DNA of 64,000 bases, taken from a virus. A program made the translations under genes and the position numbers. Positions 55,368 through 64,000 of this stretch are shown one piece after another (position 1 is the first letter of the stretch; each line of letters begins with the position of its first letter). The notes under the pieces are model-generated. The model was not told where the DNA came from and did not search any database. It saw nothing but the letters and a program-made list of their open reading frames with translations. The stretch lies in the IMG/VR virus record IMGVR_UViG_3300032116_015700, positions 1 through 64,000 of that record. One strand, 5' to 3'.

Positions 55368-58300
55368 TTATATTTGAAGTGCCAATGAGAACGGAGTTAC
55401 CAATGAGAATAGAGATTTACTAAACGTTCTACCCACAAGAGTACCAGTTGCCTGGTTAATACTTAAACCAGTACCGATTCTAAAGTCACCATCTTGGTTA
55501 CCGGATGTGAAGAAGATTCTACCCCCACCCAATTCGGTAATTTCAAAAGCCGGATTTGCAACACCACTACCACCTTGGTTTGGAGGGAGTGCTTTAAATG
55601 TCACACCACTACCATTATAGGAGTAGTCAATACCAGTTGCCACAATTAGAGAACCAAATGATTCCAATGGTGCTCCAGCTGCGATAAACTCAGCTCTCGT
55701 TCTTAAATATCTATTTGTTTCAAGAGTCTCTAATTTTTGAGAAGAAATTACCGCTTGTGCACTTCCATATTGTCCTGTATAGTAAGAAGATGCTGCTGCA
55801 ATTGCTCTTTCATTGCCACCATACAACAAATCAGTTGCACATGCATCAACAATCAATCCAGTATCTCTTGAACAACTAGCTTCATTATATACTAAATATG
55901 GGAATGCTCCATTTGTATATCCGATTGCTCTTTGTTTCAATTCATCTTTAGCCGCTACTAATCTTGCTGCTGCTTGTCTTCTCTTTGTAGAAGGTGCTAA
56001 ATAAGTTAATTGAGTGTTTCTAACTAATTTTTCAGCTATACCTCTTGCAAAGTTAATACCATCTACAGTTTGTTTCTTTTGTCCAACTTCACCATTATCA
56101 GTATATGATTCTGCGATTGCTACTGAAGGTATTCTATAATAATAAGAACCTGCCTCAATACTTCTTTCATTACCACCATATACCAAGTCAGTTCTGATAG
56201 CGTCTATAATAAATCCTAAATCACGAGAACAACTTACTTCGTTATATTTTAATGTACTCCAAGAAGAACTCAAGAAAGTAATTGTTTCTTTTTGAATTAA
56301 TGGTTTATTGAATGTTAATAGTTGAGCCGTTCTCATTAATGAACCAGAAGCAACCCACACATCTACATAAGTTGGATTTGTTACTGATTTACTTGCCAAT
56401 CTTCCCGCATATCTTACACCAGTAATTGTTGGGTCCAATTGGTTTTGTTCAGAAGGTACACCTGCGTTAGTTGCCCTTGATGGGAATAAATAATAGTATG
56501 TTCCCGCTATTACACTTCTTTCTTGTCCACCATAAAGAAGGTCAGTTGTTGCTGCATCAATCAAATACTTAACATCTCTACTACAACTTGCTTCGTTATA
56601 TTTAACACCACTCCAAGAAGATGAAACATATGCAATAGCTTCCGCCGCAATAAAGTTTTTGTTTTCTCTTAATAAGTAAACTGAAGAAGATACTGCCAAA
56701 GATGCTGTATTAAACTCAACGTTTTGTATTACCTTTTGTGCTATTCTACTTGCGTAGTTTATACCATCATTGGTTTGTTTTAATTGCCCATCACCATCTC
56801 CATCGCCCAATAAAGTTGCTTTAGATGGATATTTGAAATAGAATTCTCCACTCATCACAGTTCTTTCATTACCACCATACAATAGGTCAGTTGCTACACC
56901 ATCAATAATATATCCAACATCTCGTCTACACTTAGCTTTATCATAATTAAAGTTAGCCCAACTTGATGTTAAGTAATGTAATGTTTCTTCTTGTATAAAC
57001 TCTCTATTACTTCTTAACAATGCTACTGAAGCAGATACTACTTGCGATGCGGTAACAAATACTTTATTTTGAATAATGTTCTTAGCTATTCCACCCGCGT
57101 AATCAATTGCATTTACAGTAGATTCTAATTGAGAACCAGTAGCCAATGAAGGATATAAGAAATAATACAATCCTGCTTTAGCACTTCTCTCATTACCACC
57201 ATAAAGAATATCAGTTGATACGGCATCTATTAGGTGTCCAACATCCCTTCTACATTTAGATTCGGTATATTGTAAACCAACCCAAGAAGAACTTACATAA
57301 GCAATAGTTTCTTCTTGTATGAATGCCTTATTTTGTTTCATTAACGCGTGAGATGCTGATGCGTAGATTGAAGCGGTAAAGAATTGAGTATTTACAATTA
57401 CTTTTTGTGCCAATTGCCCTGCATATCTCATAGCATCCAATGTTTCATCTAATTGAGAACCAGTTGCCGCTGATGGATATAAGTAATAATATAATCCCGC
57501 AGTTCTTATTCTTTCATTACCACCATAATAAACATCGGTTGCAACAGCGTCTATAATGTGAGAAATATCTCTCTTACACTTATCTTCGTTATATGTAAAT
57601 GCTACATCAGAATTAGAACCAGTCACCCAAGATGAACTAATATACGCTATTGTTTCATTCTGAATAAATGGTTTATTTTGATTTAGCAATGTCCATGCAG
57701 TTGTTCTTTCAATTGAAGCTGTTTGGTACTCAATATTTTGAAGTACTTTTTGTGCTAATTTACTTGCGTAGAATAATCCATCCAATGTGTAGTTCAATTG
57801 AGAATCAGTTGCTTGTGATGCTGATTCAAAATAGAACTTACCATTTACAATTGATGCAGAATCTACACCAAACAACATATCTTCAGCTGCACCACTAATA
57901 ATCAATCCAACATCTCTCTTACATTTAGTTTCATCGTAAGATGCAGTACTCCAAGAAGAACTAATATACGCGATAGTTTCATTTTGAATGAATCCTATGT
58001 TTTCTTTTAATAAGTTATATGCGTAATAAACATTAGATGCAGTTGATGGAGTTGTGTAAACTACAGGAGTTGGTAATGAAGCAGTTCCAATTGCCACAAT
58101 ATTTGTTACTATTGAAATTGATGCTGAAATTAAAGAAGCCTCATAAGTTGTTCCATAATTAGATGATGCAGTTATATACTGATTTGCATTTGTAAACTTA
58201 ATACTTTCAGATGTATTTGAAATTAATGATGGAATTGAACCCGTACCAACTTCTACAATATTTGTTACTACTGCAAATGATGAACTTACTCTATTCACTT

Positions 58301-61300
58301 CATATGCGGATGCTGAGTATGAAGCTGAGTATTGTGTTGTTCCAGTAACTTTAATATTATTCGCAGTATTCAATATAATTTGTGGTTCTGCTATTAAGTT
58401 ACTATTAATGATTTGCTCAGTTAATCTTCTAGCATAATCAATTGCAGTTGTTGTTTCAACTACCTGCTCTGATTCGGTTGCCAATGAAGGATATAAGTAA
58501 TAGAACTCTCCAGCTTTATTACTTCTTTCATTACCACCGTATAATAGGTCAGTTGCTACTGCATCTACAATATATCCAACATCTCTACGGCATTTAGATT
58601 CAATATAATCCAACTCAGGCCATTTAGCGTTTACAAACGCTACGGTTTCTTCCTGAATGAAAGTTTTGTTATTTTTAATTAGATTATATGCGGTTTGGTT
58701 GTTAGCAGATGGTGATACAAATGTTGAACCACTCACAATATTCATCGCTAATCCCCTAGCATGTCTAACGCCGGTTAATGTTGGTTCTAATTGTTCATCA
58801 GTTGCTTCGGATGGGTAATCATAATAATATCTACCTGCAATAATACTTCTCTCATTACCACCATATAAAATATCGGTTGCAACCGCATCTATAATGTAAC
58901 CTAAATCTCTTTCACATTTAGATTGAGAATACACAAATCCTTGCCAAGATGAACTTAAATACGCAATAGATTCTGATACTATAAATTGTTTGTTTGTTCT
59001 TAATGATGCCCAAGAAGAAGAAACAAATGATGAAGAAAAATGTGTTAATACAGTATTTCTAACTACTTTTTCAGCCATTCCACCTGCAAACTTTAATGCA
59101 GTTACAGTCTGGTCTAATTGAGAACCAGTAGCTTGAGAAGGATAGTCAAAATAGAATCTTCCATTTACGAAAGATGCGGAGTTTCCACCATATAATAAAT
59201 CAAATGCTGCACCACTTATAATTAACCCTACATCTCTACTACAACTTGCCTCATTATATACAAATGTTGACCAAGATGAACTCATAAATGCAATTGTTTC
59301 ATCTATAATCATTTGTTTATTATCTAATAATAAATTATACGCATTATTGATTTTTGCATTAGTATTTGGAGTAATAGCAGGTGCCTCATAAACAACTGAA
59401 CTCGTACCATCATTTAATAATGTATCAATTACTAAAGAGAATGATGAAGAAATAAGTTTAGCTTGTAATCTATCTGCACTACTTCCACTTATTATTTGCG
59501 GTGTTGCTGTAACTTTAATACTTGCAGATGTATTTGGTATTAATGTTGGAATTACCGATGTTCCGGTATTTACTATATTCAATACAATACCAAACAAGTT
59601 ACCAATTCTATTTATTTCAGAACCACTACCCGTAATTGAAATTGCGGTTGCGGTTGTTGTTTTTATTGAAGAAGAAGTATTTGAAACCAATGTTGGTATA
59701 GAACCAGTTCCATTGTTTATAATATTAATTACGTTTCCAAATGAACTACTAATACTTGCAGTTTGGGTGTTATACGTTCCACTTCCTAAACTTTGTGTTA
59801 TTGATGAAATATGCAATAAAGTTGGTGTACTTAATTGGAATCCATAATTGTAATTATTTGCCAAACTATCAGGCACAGACGCAGAACCCCAATAAATAAT
59901 ATCTCTTATTAATCCAAATGATGCCGTTGTTATACCAACTTCAATTGAACTTGCTGATACAGATGAAGTAATTTGAGATTCATTTGATACTTTAATAGAA
60001 GAACTTGAGTTTGTTACAAGTGGTGGTACTACATTCAATCCACCTGCAATAATTTCAGTAACTAATGCAAATGATGAACTCACTTTATTAATTTCTACTG
60101 TTGTGGCAGATATTGATGATGTAATTGGAGTTATATGACTTACTCTAATATTTGCATTAGTATTTGAAACTAAAGTAGGTGAAGATAATTGTAAATTTTG
60201 AACTATCTTTTTAGAAAGTGATTTTGCATATTCAACACCCGCTACAGTTTCAACTACCTGGTCAACTTTAGTTGCTTTAGATGGATATCTATAATAGTAA
60301 TCACCAGCAATAATACTTCTCTGATTACCACCATACCAAAGGTCAGTTGCTACGTTATCAACGATATACCCAACATCCCTTCTACATTTTTCTCTATTAT
60401 ATCTCAAATATGGATAGAAAGCATCAATAAATTGAATAGTTTCGTTTTGTATAAATGTTCTATTATTTTTAAGAAGATTATACGAAGATGAAACAAATTC
60501 AGTTGGTGAAGTCAATAATTGTGAAGATATTACTTTTTGTGAAATACCCGCTGCAAATTGAATACCATCAATAGTAGGTCCTTTTTGTGCATTCGTTGTT
60601 GGAGAAATTGATGAAGTATATACTGCTGCAGAAGGATATAAATAATAGTATTCACCTGCTTTAGAACTTCTTTCGTTACCACCATATAATAGGTCAGTTG
60701 CTACATTATCAATAATATACGCAACATCTCTACTACAACTTAATTCGTTAAATGTAAAACCACCAACATTAGTCCAAGATGAACTCAAAAATGCAATAGT
60801 TTCTTTTTGAATTAATTGTTTATTTTGTCTTAACAAATTCCATGCAGTAAGTTCTGAATTAGTAGGTTGTAATAATGTTATATTTTTTGCTACCTTTTCA
60901 ACTAAACCTTTAGCGTGTTTAATACCATCCAATGTTTGGTCTAATTGTCCTTCATCATTACCATCACCTTCTACTATTGCAAGAGATGGATATAAATAAT
61001 AGTATTCACCAGCTTCTCTACTTCTCTCATTTCCACCATAAAGTATATCAGTTGCCACAGCGTCAATTATGTAACCAACATCCCTTCTACATTTAATTTG
61101 GTCATATTGGAAAAAACTCCATGCAGAATTAAGGAATCCAATAGTTTCAGTTTGTACTAAATCTTTATTTTCTTTTACTAAATTATATGTAGTTTGAACT
61201 GAAAGTGAAGCTGTTACAAATACTCTATTATTAAGTATTTGCTCCACCATATGCTTAGCGTGCTTAATACCACTTAATGTTGGTCCTAATTGAGATGTTG

Positions 61301-64000
61301 TTGCTTGAGATGGGTATCTATAATAAAACTCCCCTGCCTCTATACTTCTTTCATTACCACCATAAACTAAATCAGTTGCAACTGCATCTAAAATATAACC
61401 AACATCTCTTTTACATGTTTGTTCGTTATATGATGCAGTACTCCAACTTGCAGAAACATATGCGATAACTTCATCGGCAATAAATCCTTTATTATTGTAA
61501 ATCAACTCTCTTGCCTGCAATCTATTTTGAGATACTTTACTAAATGTATTACCTCTTAATAGTTTATCTGCCAAATCTCTTGCATATCCAATACCAGTAA
61601 CAGTTTCTTGTATTTGTGAGCCTGTTGCTTCTGATGGATAAAGGTAATAATAAACTCCTGCTTTAATTGTTCTTTCGTTGCCACCCCACTTAACATCAGT
61701 TGCCACTGCGTCAATTATATAACCAACATCTCTCTTACAAGTATTTTGGTCATAAGAATGAGATGCCCAAGAAGAAGATAAATATGCAATTGTTTCTTCT
61801 TGAATAAATCTTTTGTTGTTTACTAAAATATCATGTGCAACTAATGATTGTGAATTTGGATATGATAATACCGTATTTACAATTAGTTTTTGTGCTAATC
61901 TACTTGCATAGAATACTCCATCTAAAGTTTGATTTAATTGTGAACCTTGTGCTTGAGATGGGTAATCGTAATAAAATTTACCGTTTACTACTGATGCGGA
62001 GTTACTATTCCAAATAAGGTCTTCAGCTGCGCCACTAATAATTAATCCAACATCTCTACGGCATTTTTCTTCATCATAAGATGCAGTTGACCAAGATGAA
62101 CTCAAATAAGCAATAACTTCATTTTGTATGAATGGTATATTTTGTTTTAATATTCCGTATGCTGCTAATACAGCCGATGAAGATACCGATGAAGTATATG
62201 ATGATGTAGGTAAATTTGCTATAAATGAACCAGTACCATTTGATATAATATTTGTTACTATTGAAATAGATGCCGATATTGCATTTACTTCGGTTTGTGT
62301 TGCAGATGATGCAGAAATGTATTGTGGTGTTGATGTAACTTTAATATTATTTACAGTATTTAGAACAAGTGTTGGTAAAGAGCCTGTACCATTTTCTAAT
62401 ATATTAATTACTCTATTAAAACTAGAAGTTATATTATTAGCTAATGATTTAGATACTGCAACTGATGATGAATATTGAGTTTCATTTGTTATTCTCAACA
62501 ATGCGTTTACATTCTTTACCAATGTTGGTAATGAGCCAGTTCCTTCTTTCACAATATCTAAAACAATATCAAAACTATTGTTTGAGCCAGTAATAAATGT
62601 ATTAGATATAGATGCGGTTGAAATAAATTGAGGATAGTTTGTATTTTTAATTAATCCACTTGCATTATTTACCAAATTTGGAATTGAACCAGTACCATTT
62701 GCTATAATATCCAATACTATATTAAAACCAGTAGTTACTTTTGCAGAATCAGATGGAAGTGGTTGTACCGATGAACTAAATTGATTATTAGTTAAACGTA
62801 TAACACCCTTTATTGAAGAAGATGTAATTGTTGGTATTGCAGAAATACCTTTATCTATAATATTAATTACATTTCCAAATGATTGAGATACAATGTTTTT
62901 ATCGGTTTGATTTACAATACTTGAAGTAATTGTTTGTACTTCACTAGTCTTTTTAATACCATTTTCAGTATTTGAAACTAAAGTTGGAAACGCAGAACTA
63001 CCACTTTCAATAATTTTTGCTACATTATCAAAACTATCTTCTATTGCCTTACCACCAATCGCAACCAACTTTGCCAAATCTCTCGTAAATCTTACTGCAT
63101 CGGTTGTTTCGGTTACTTGTGCATCCGTTGCTTGTGATGGGTATAAGAAATAGAATCTTCCTGCAGTAATTGCTCTCTCATTTCCACCATATACTAAATC
63201 AGTTAAAACATTATCAGTTATAAATCCAACATCTCTAAAGCATTTAGATTGTATATAATTTAATGTTGGATATGTATCGTTCACATACTCAATAGTATTT
63301 TGTTGTAAGAATGTTCTATTATCTTTTACTAATTTTCTTGCGGCTAATACAGCTTCAGATGGATTAGTTAAACTAACATTCTTAATAATATTTTGTACTA
63401 ATTGATTTGCGTAATAAACACCTGTTATAGTTGGGTCTAATTGCTGAGATACGGAAGGTTCTCCACCCACCGTTGCTGCAGATGGATATCTATAATAAAA
63501 ATCACCAGCAACAATACTTCTTTCATTTCCACCATATACCAAATCAGTTCTTACTGCATCTAAAATATATCCCACATCTCTTTTACACTTAGCCTCATTA
63601 TAATAAACTCCACTCCAAGAAGATGAAACATATTCTACAACTTCTGCCGCAATAAGTTCTTTGTTTCTTCTTATTAACTCACTTGCGTTTATTGAATTAA
63701 GTGAAGCTTGTGTGAATGTTTCTCCAACAACAATCTTTTGTGCTAATCTACTTGCGTAGTTGATAGCATCAGTTGTTTGAATTAATTGTGAACCAGTTGC
63801 TGCCGATGGATATGTAAAATAGTAATCCGCTGCTATTCTAGTTCTTTCATTACCGCCATAGATAATATCAGTTCTGATTGCATCTAAAATATATCCAATA
63901 TCCCTTCTACAAGTTGTTTCATTGTAATCAAAACTTCCCCAAGATGAACTCATATATGCTATGGTTTCATCTGCTATAAAATCTTTGTTATTCAATATCA
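55368..64000 (-). CDS. Giant repeat virion protein (5'-truncated, >2875 aa) with at least 19 phycobiliprotein-like CxRD domains
   Basis: Frame is open to the window edge (track start is an internal TTG). 19 copies of a ~110-aa unit containing CxRD[VIL]GY[IL][IL]DAVATDLLYGGNER. Virion role inferred from position in the structural module. Confidence 0.75.
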   Translation of the reverse strand, partial: ILNNKDFIADETIAYMSSSWGSFDYNETTCRRDIGYILDAIRTDIIYGGNERTRIAADYYFTYPSAATGSQLIQTTDAINYASRLAQKIVVGETFTQASLNSINASELIRRNKELIAAEVVEYVSSSWSGVYYNEAKCKRDVGYILDAVRTDLVYGGNERSIVAGDFYYRYPSAATVGGEPSVSQQLDPTITGVYYANQLVQNIIKNVSLTNPSEAVLAARKLVKDNRTFLQQNTIEYVNDTYPTLNYIQSKCFRDVGFITDNVLTDLVYGGNERAITAGRFYFLYPSQATDAQVTETTDAVRFTRDLAKLVAIGGKAIEDSFDNVAKIIESGSSAFPTLVSNTENGIKKTSEVQTITSSIVNQTDKNIVSQSFGNVINIIDKGISAIPTITSSSIKGVIRLTNNQFSSSVQPLPSDSAKVTTGFNIVLDIIANGTGSIPNLVNNASGLIKNTNYPQFISTASISNTFITGSNNSFDIVLDIVKEGTGSLPTLVKNVNALLRITNETQYSSSVAVSKSLANNITSSFNRVINILENGTGSLPTLVLNTVNNIKVTSTPQYISASSATQTEVNAISASISIVTNIISNGTGSFIANLPTSSYTSSVSSSAVLAAYGILKQNIPFIQNEVIAYLSSSWSTASYDEEKCRRDVGLIISGAAEDLIWNSNSASVVNGKFYYDYPSQAQGSQLNQTLDGVFYASRLAQKLIVNTVLSYPNSQSLVAHDILVNNKRFIQEETIAYLSSSWASHSYDQNTCKRDVGYIIDAVATDVKWGGNERTIKAGVYYYLYPSEATGSQIQETVTGIGYARDLADKLLRGNTFSKVSQNRLQARELIYNNKGFIADEVIAYVSASWSTASYNEQTCKRDVGYILDAVATDLVYGGNERSIEAGEFYYRYPSQATTSQLGPTLSGIKHAKHMVEQILNNRVFVTASLSVQTTYNLVKENKDLVQTETIGFLNSAWSFFQYDQIKCRRDVGYIIDAVATDILYGGNERSREAGEYYYLYPSLAIVEGDGNDEGQLDQTLDGIKHAKGLVEKVAKNITLLQPTNSELTAWNLLRQNKQLIQKETIAFLSSSWTNVGGFTFNELSCSRDVAYIIDNVATDLLYGGNERSSKAGEYYYLYPSAAVYTSSISPTTNAQKGPTIDGIQFAAGISQKVISSQLLTSPTEFVSSSYNLLKNNRTFIQNETIQFIDAFYPYLRYNREKCRRDVGYIVDNVATDLWYGGNQRSIIAGDYYYRYPSKATKVDQVVETVAGVEYAKSLSKKIVQNLQLSSPTLVSNTNANIRVSHITPITSSISATTVEINKVSSSFALVTEIIAGGLNVVPPLVTNSSSSIKVSNESQITSSVSASSIEVGITTASFGLIRDIIYWGSASVPDSLANNYNYGFQLSTPTLLHISSITQSLGSGTYNTQTASISSSFGNVINIINNGTGSIPTLVSNTSSSIKTTTATAISITGSGSEINRIGNLFGIVLNIVNTGTSVIPTLIPNTSASIKVTATPQIISGSSADRLQAKLISSSFSLVIDTLLNDGTSSVVYEAPAITPNTNAKINNAYNLLLDNKQMIIDETIAFMSSSWSTFVYNEASCSRDVGLIISGAAFDLLYGGNSASFVNGRFYFDYPSQATGSQLDQTVTALKFAGGMAEKVVRNTVLTHFSSSFVSSSWASLRTNKQFIVSESIAYLSSSWQGFVYSQSKCERDLGYIIDAVATDILYGGNERSIIAGRYYYDYPSEATDEQLEPTLTGVRHARGLAMNIVSGSTFVSPSANNQTAYNLIKNNKTFIQEETVAFVNAKWPELDYIESKCRRDVGYIVDAVATDLLYGGNERSNKAGEFYYLYPSLATESEQVVETTTAIDYARRLTEQIINSNLIAEPQIILNTANNIKVTGTTQYSASYSASAYEVNRVSSSFAVVTNIVEVGTGSIPSLISNTSESIKFTNANQYITASSNYGTTYEASLISASISIVTNIVAIGTASLPTPVVYTTPSTASNVYYAYNLLKENIGFIQNETIAYISSSWSTASYDETKCKRDVGLIISGAAEDMLFGVDSASIVNGKFYFESASQATDSQLNYTLDGLFYASKLAQKVLQNIEYQTASIERTTAWTLLNQNKPFIQNETIAYISSSWVTGSNSDVAFTYNEDKCKRDISHIIDAVATDVYYGGNERIRTAGLYYYLYPSAATGSQLDETLDAMRYAGQLAQKVIVNTQFFTASIYASASHALMKQNKAFIQEETIAYVSSSWVGLQYTESKCRRDVGHLIDAVSTDILYGGNERSAKAGLYYFLYPSLATGSQLESTVNAIDYAGGIAKNIIQNKVFVTASQVVSASVALLRSNREFIQEETLHYLTSSWANFNYDKAKCRRDVGYIIDGVATDLLYGGNERTVMSGEFYFKYPSKATLLGDGDGDGQLKQTNDGINYASRIAQKVIQNVEFNTASLAVSSSVYLLRENKNFIAAEAIAYVSSSWSGVKYNEASCSRDVKYLIDAATTDLLYGGQERSVIAGTYYYLFPSRATNAGVPSEQNQLDPTITGVRYAGRLASKSVTNPTYVDVWVASGSLMRTAQLLTFNKPLIQKETITFLSSSWSTLKYNEVSCSRDLGFIIDAIRTDLVYGGNERSIEAGSYYYRIPSVAIAESYTDNGEVGQKKQTVDGINFARGIAEKLVRNTQLTYLAPSTKRRQAAARLVAAKDELKQRAIGYTNGAFPYLVYNEASCSRDTGLIVDACATDLLYGGNERAIAAASSYYTGQYGSAQAVISSQKLETLETNRYLRTRAEFIAAGAPLESFGSLIVATGIDYSYNGSGVTFKALPPNQGGSGVANPAFEITELGGGRIFFTSGNQDGDFRIGTGLSINQATGTLVGRTFSKSLFSLVTPFSLALQI

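Noticed and set aside
1-64000. Stop-codon reassignment, as in some Bacteroidota phages
   Set aside because: Nearly all genes checked end in TAA (one TGA), but all are full length under the standard code with high coding density.

Overview
64 kb of a large myovirus (T4-like/jumbo-phage organisation, AT-rich), with every credible gene on the minus strand and standard genetic code. The host is very probably Bacteroidota: at least 7 intergenic TTTG-N20-TATATTT(G/A) promoters and an Hc1-type histone-like gene. Transcription runs right to left. Structural module first: a 5'-truncated >2875-aa protein with 19 tandem CxRD repeats resembling phycobiliproteins, two giant fibre proteins (3513 and 2872 aa) with long Gly-Ser/Thr triplet tracts, fibre accessories, tail sheath, tube, a chaperone with a probable frameshift, tape measure and baseplate genes. 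Then tmRNA, a compact family A polymerase, a signal-peptide nuclease, a 1434-aa multidomain protein and a GH19 endolysin. Then replication and nucleotide genes (SSB, RecA/UvsX, 5'-3' exonuclease, DnaB-like helicase, class II RNR, thioredoxin) and a coupled AsnB-like/GNAT/DNA methyltransferase cluster. Best candidates for new biology: (1) a phycobiliprotein-like virion array keeping the bilin-attachment Cys in every copy; (2) a pervasive [ST]-[GAS]-S motif in surface virion proteins (possible modification sequon); (3) type-1 copper sites in a fibre; (4) the AsnB-GNAT-MTase cluster. All family calls come from motif recognition by eye, not database searches.
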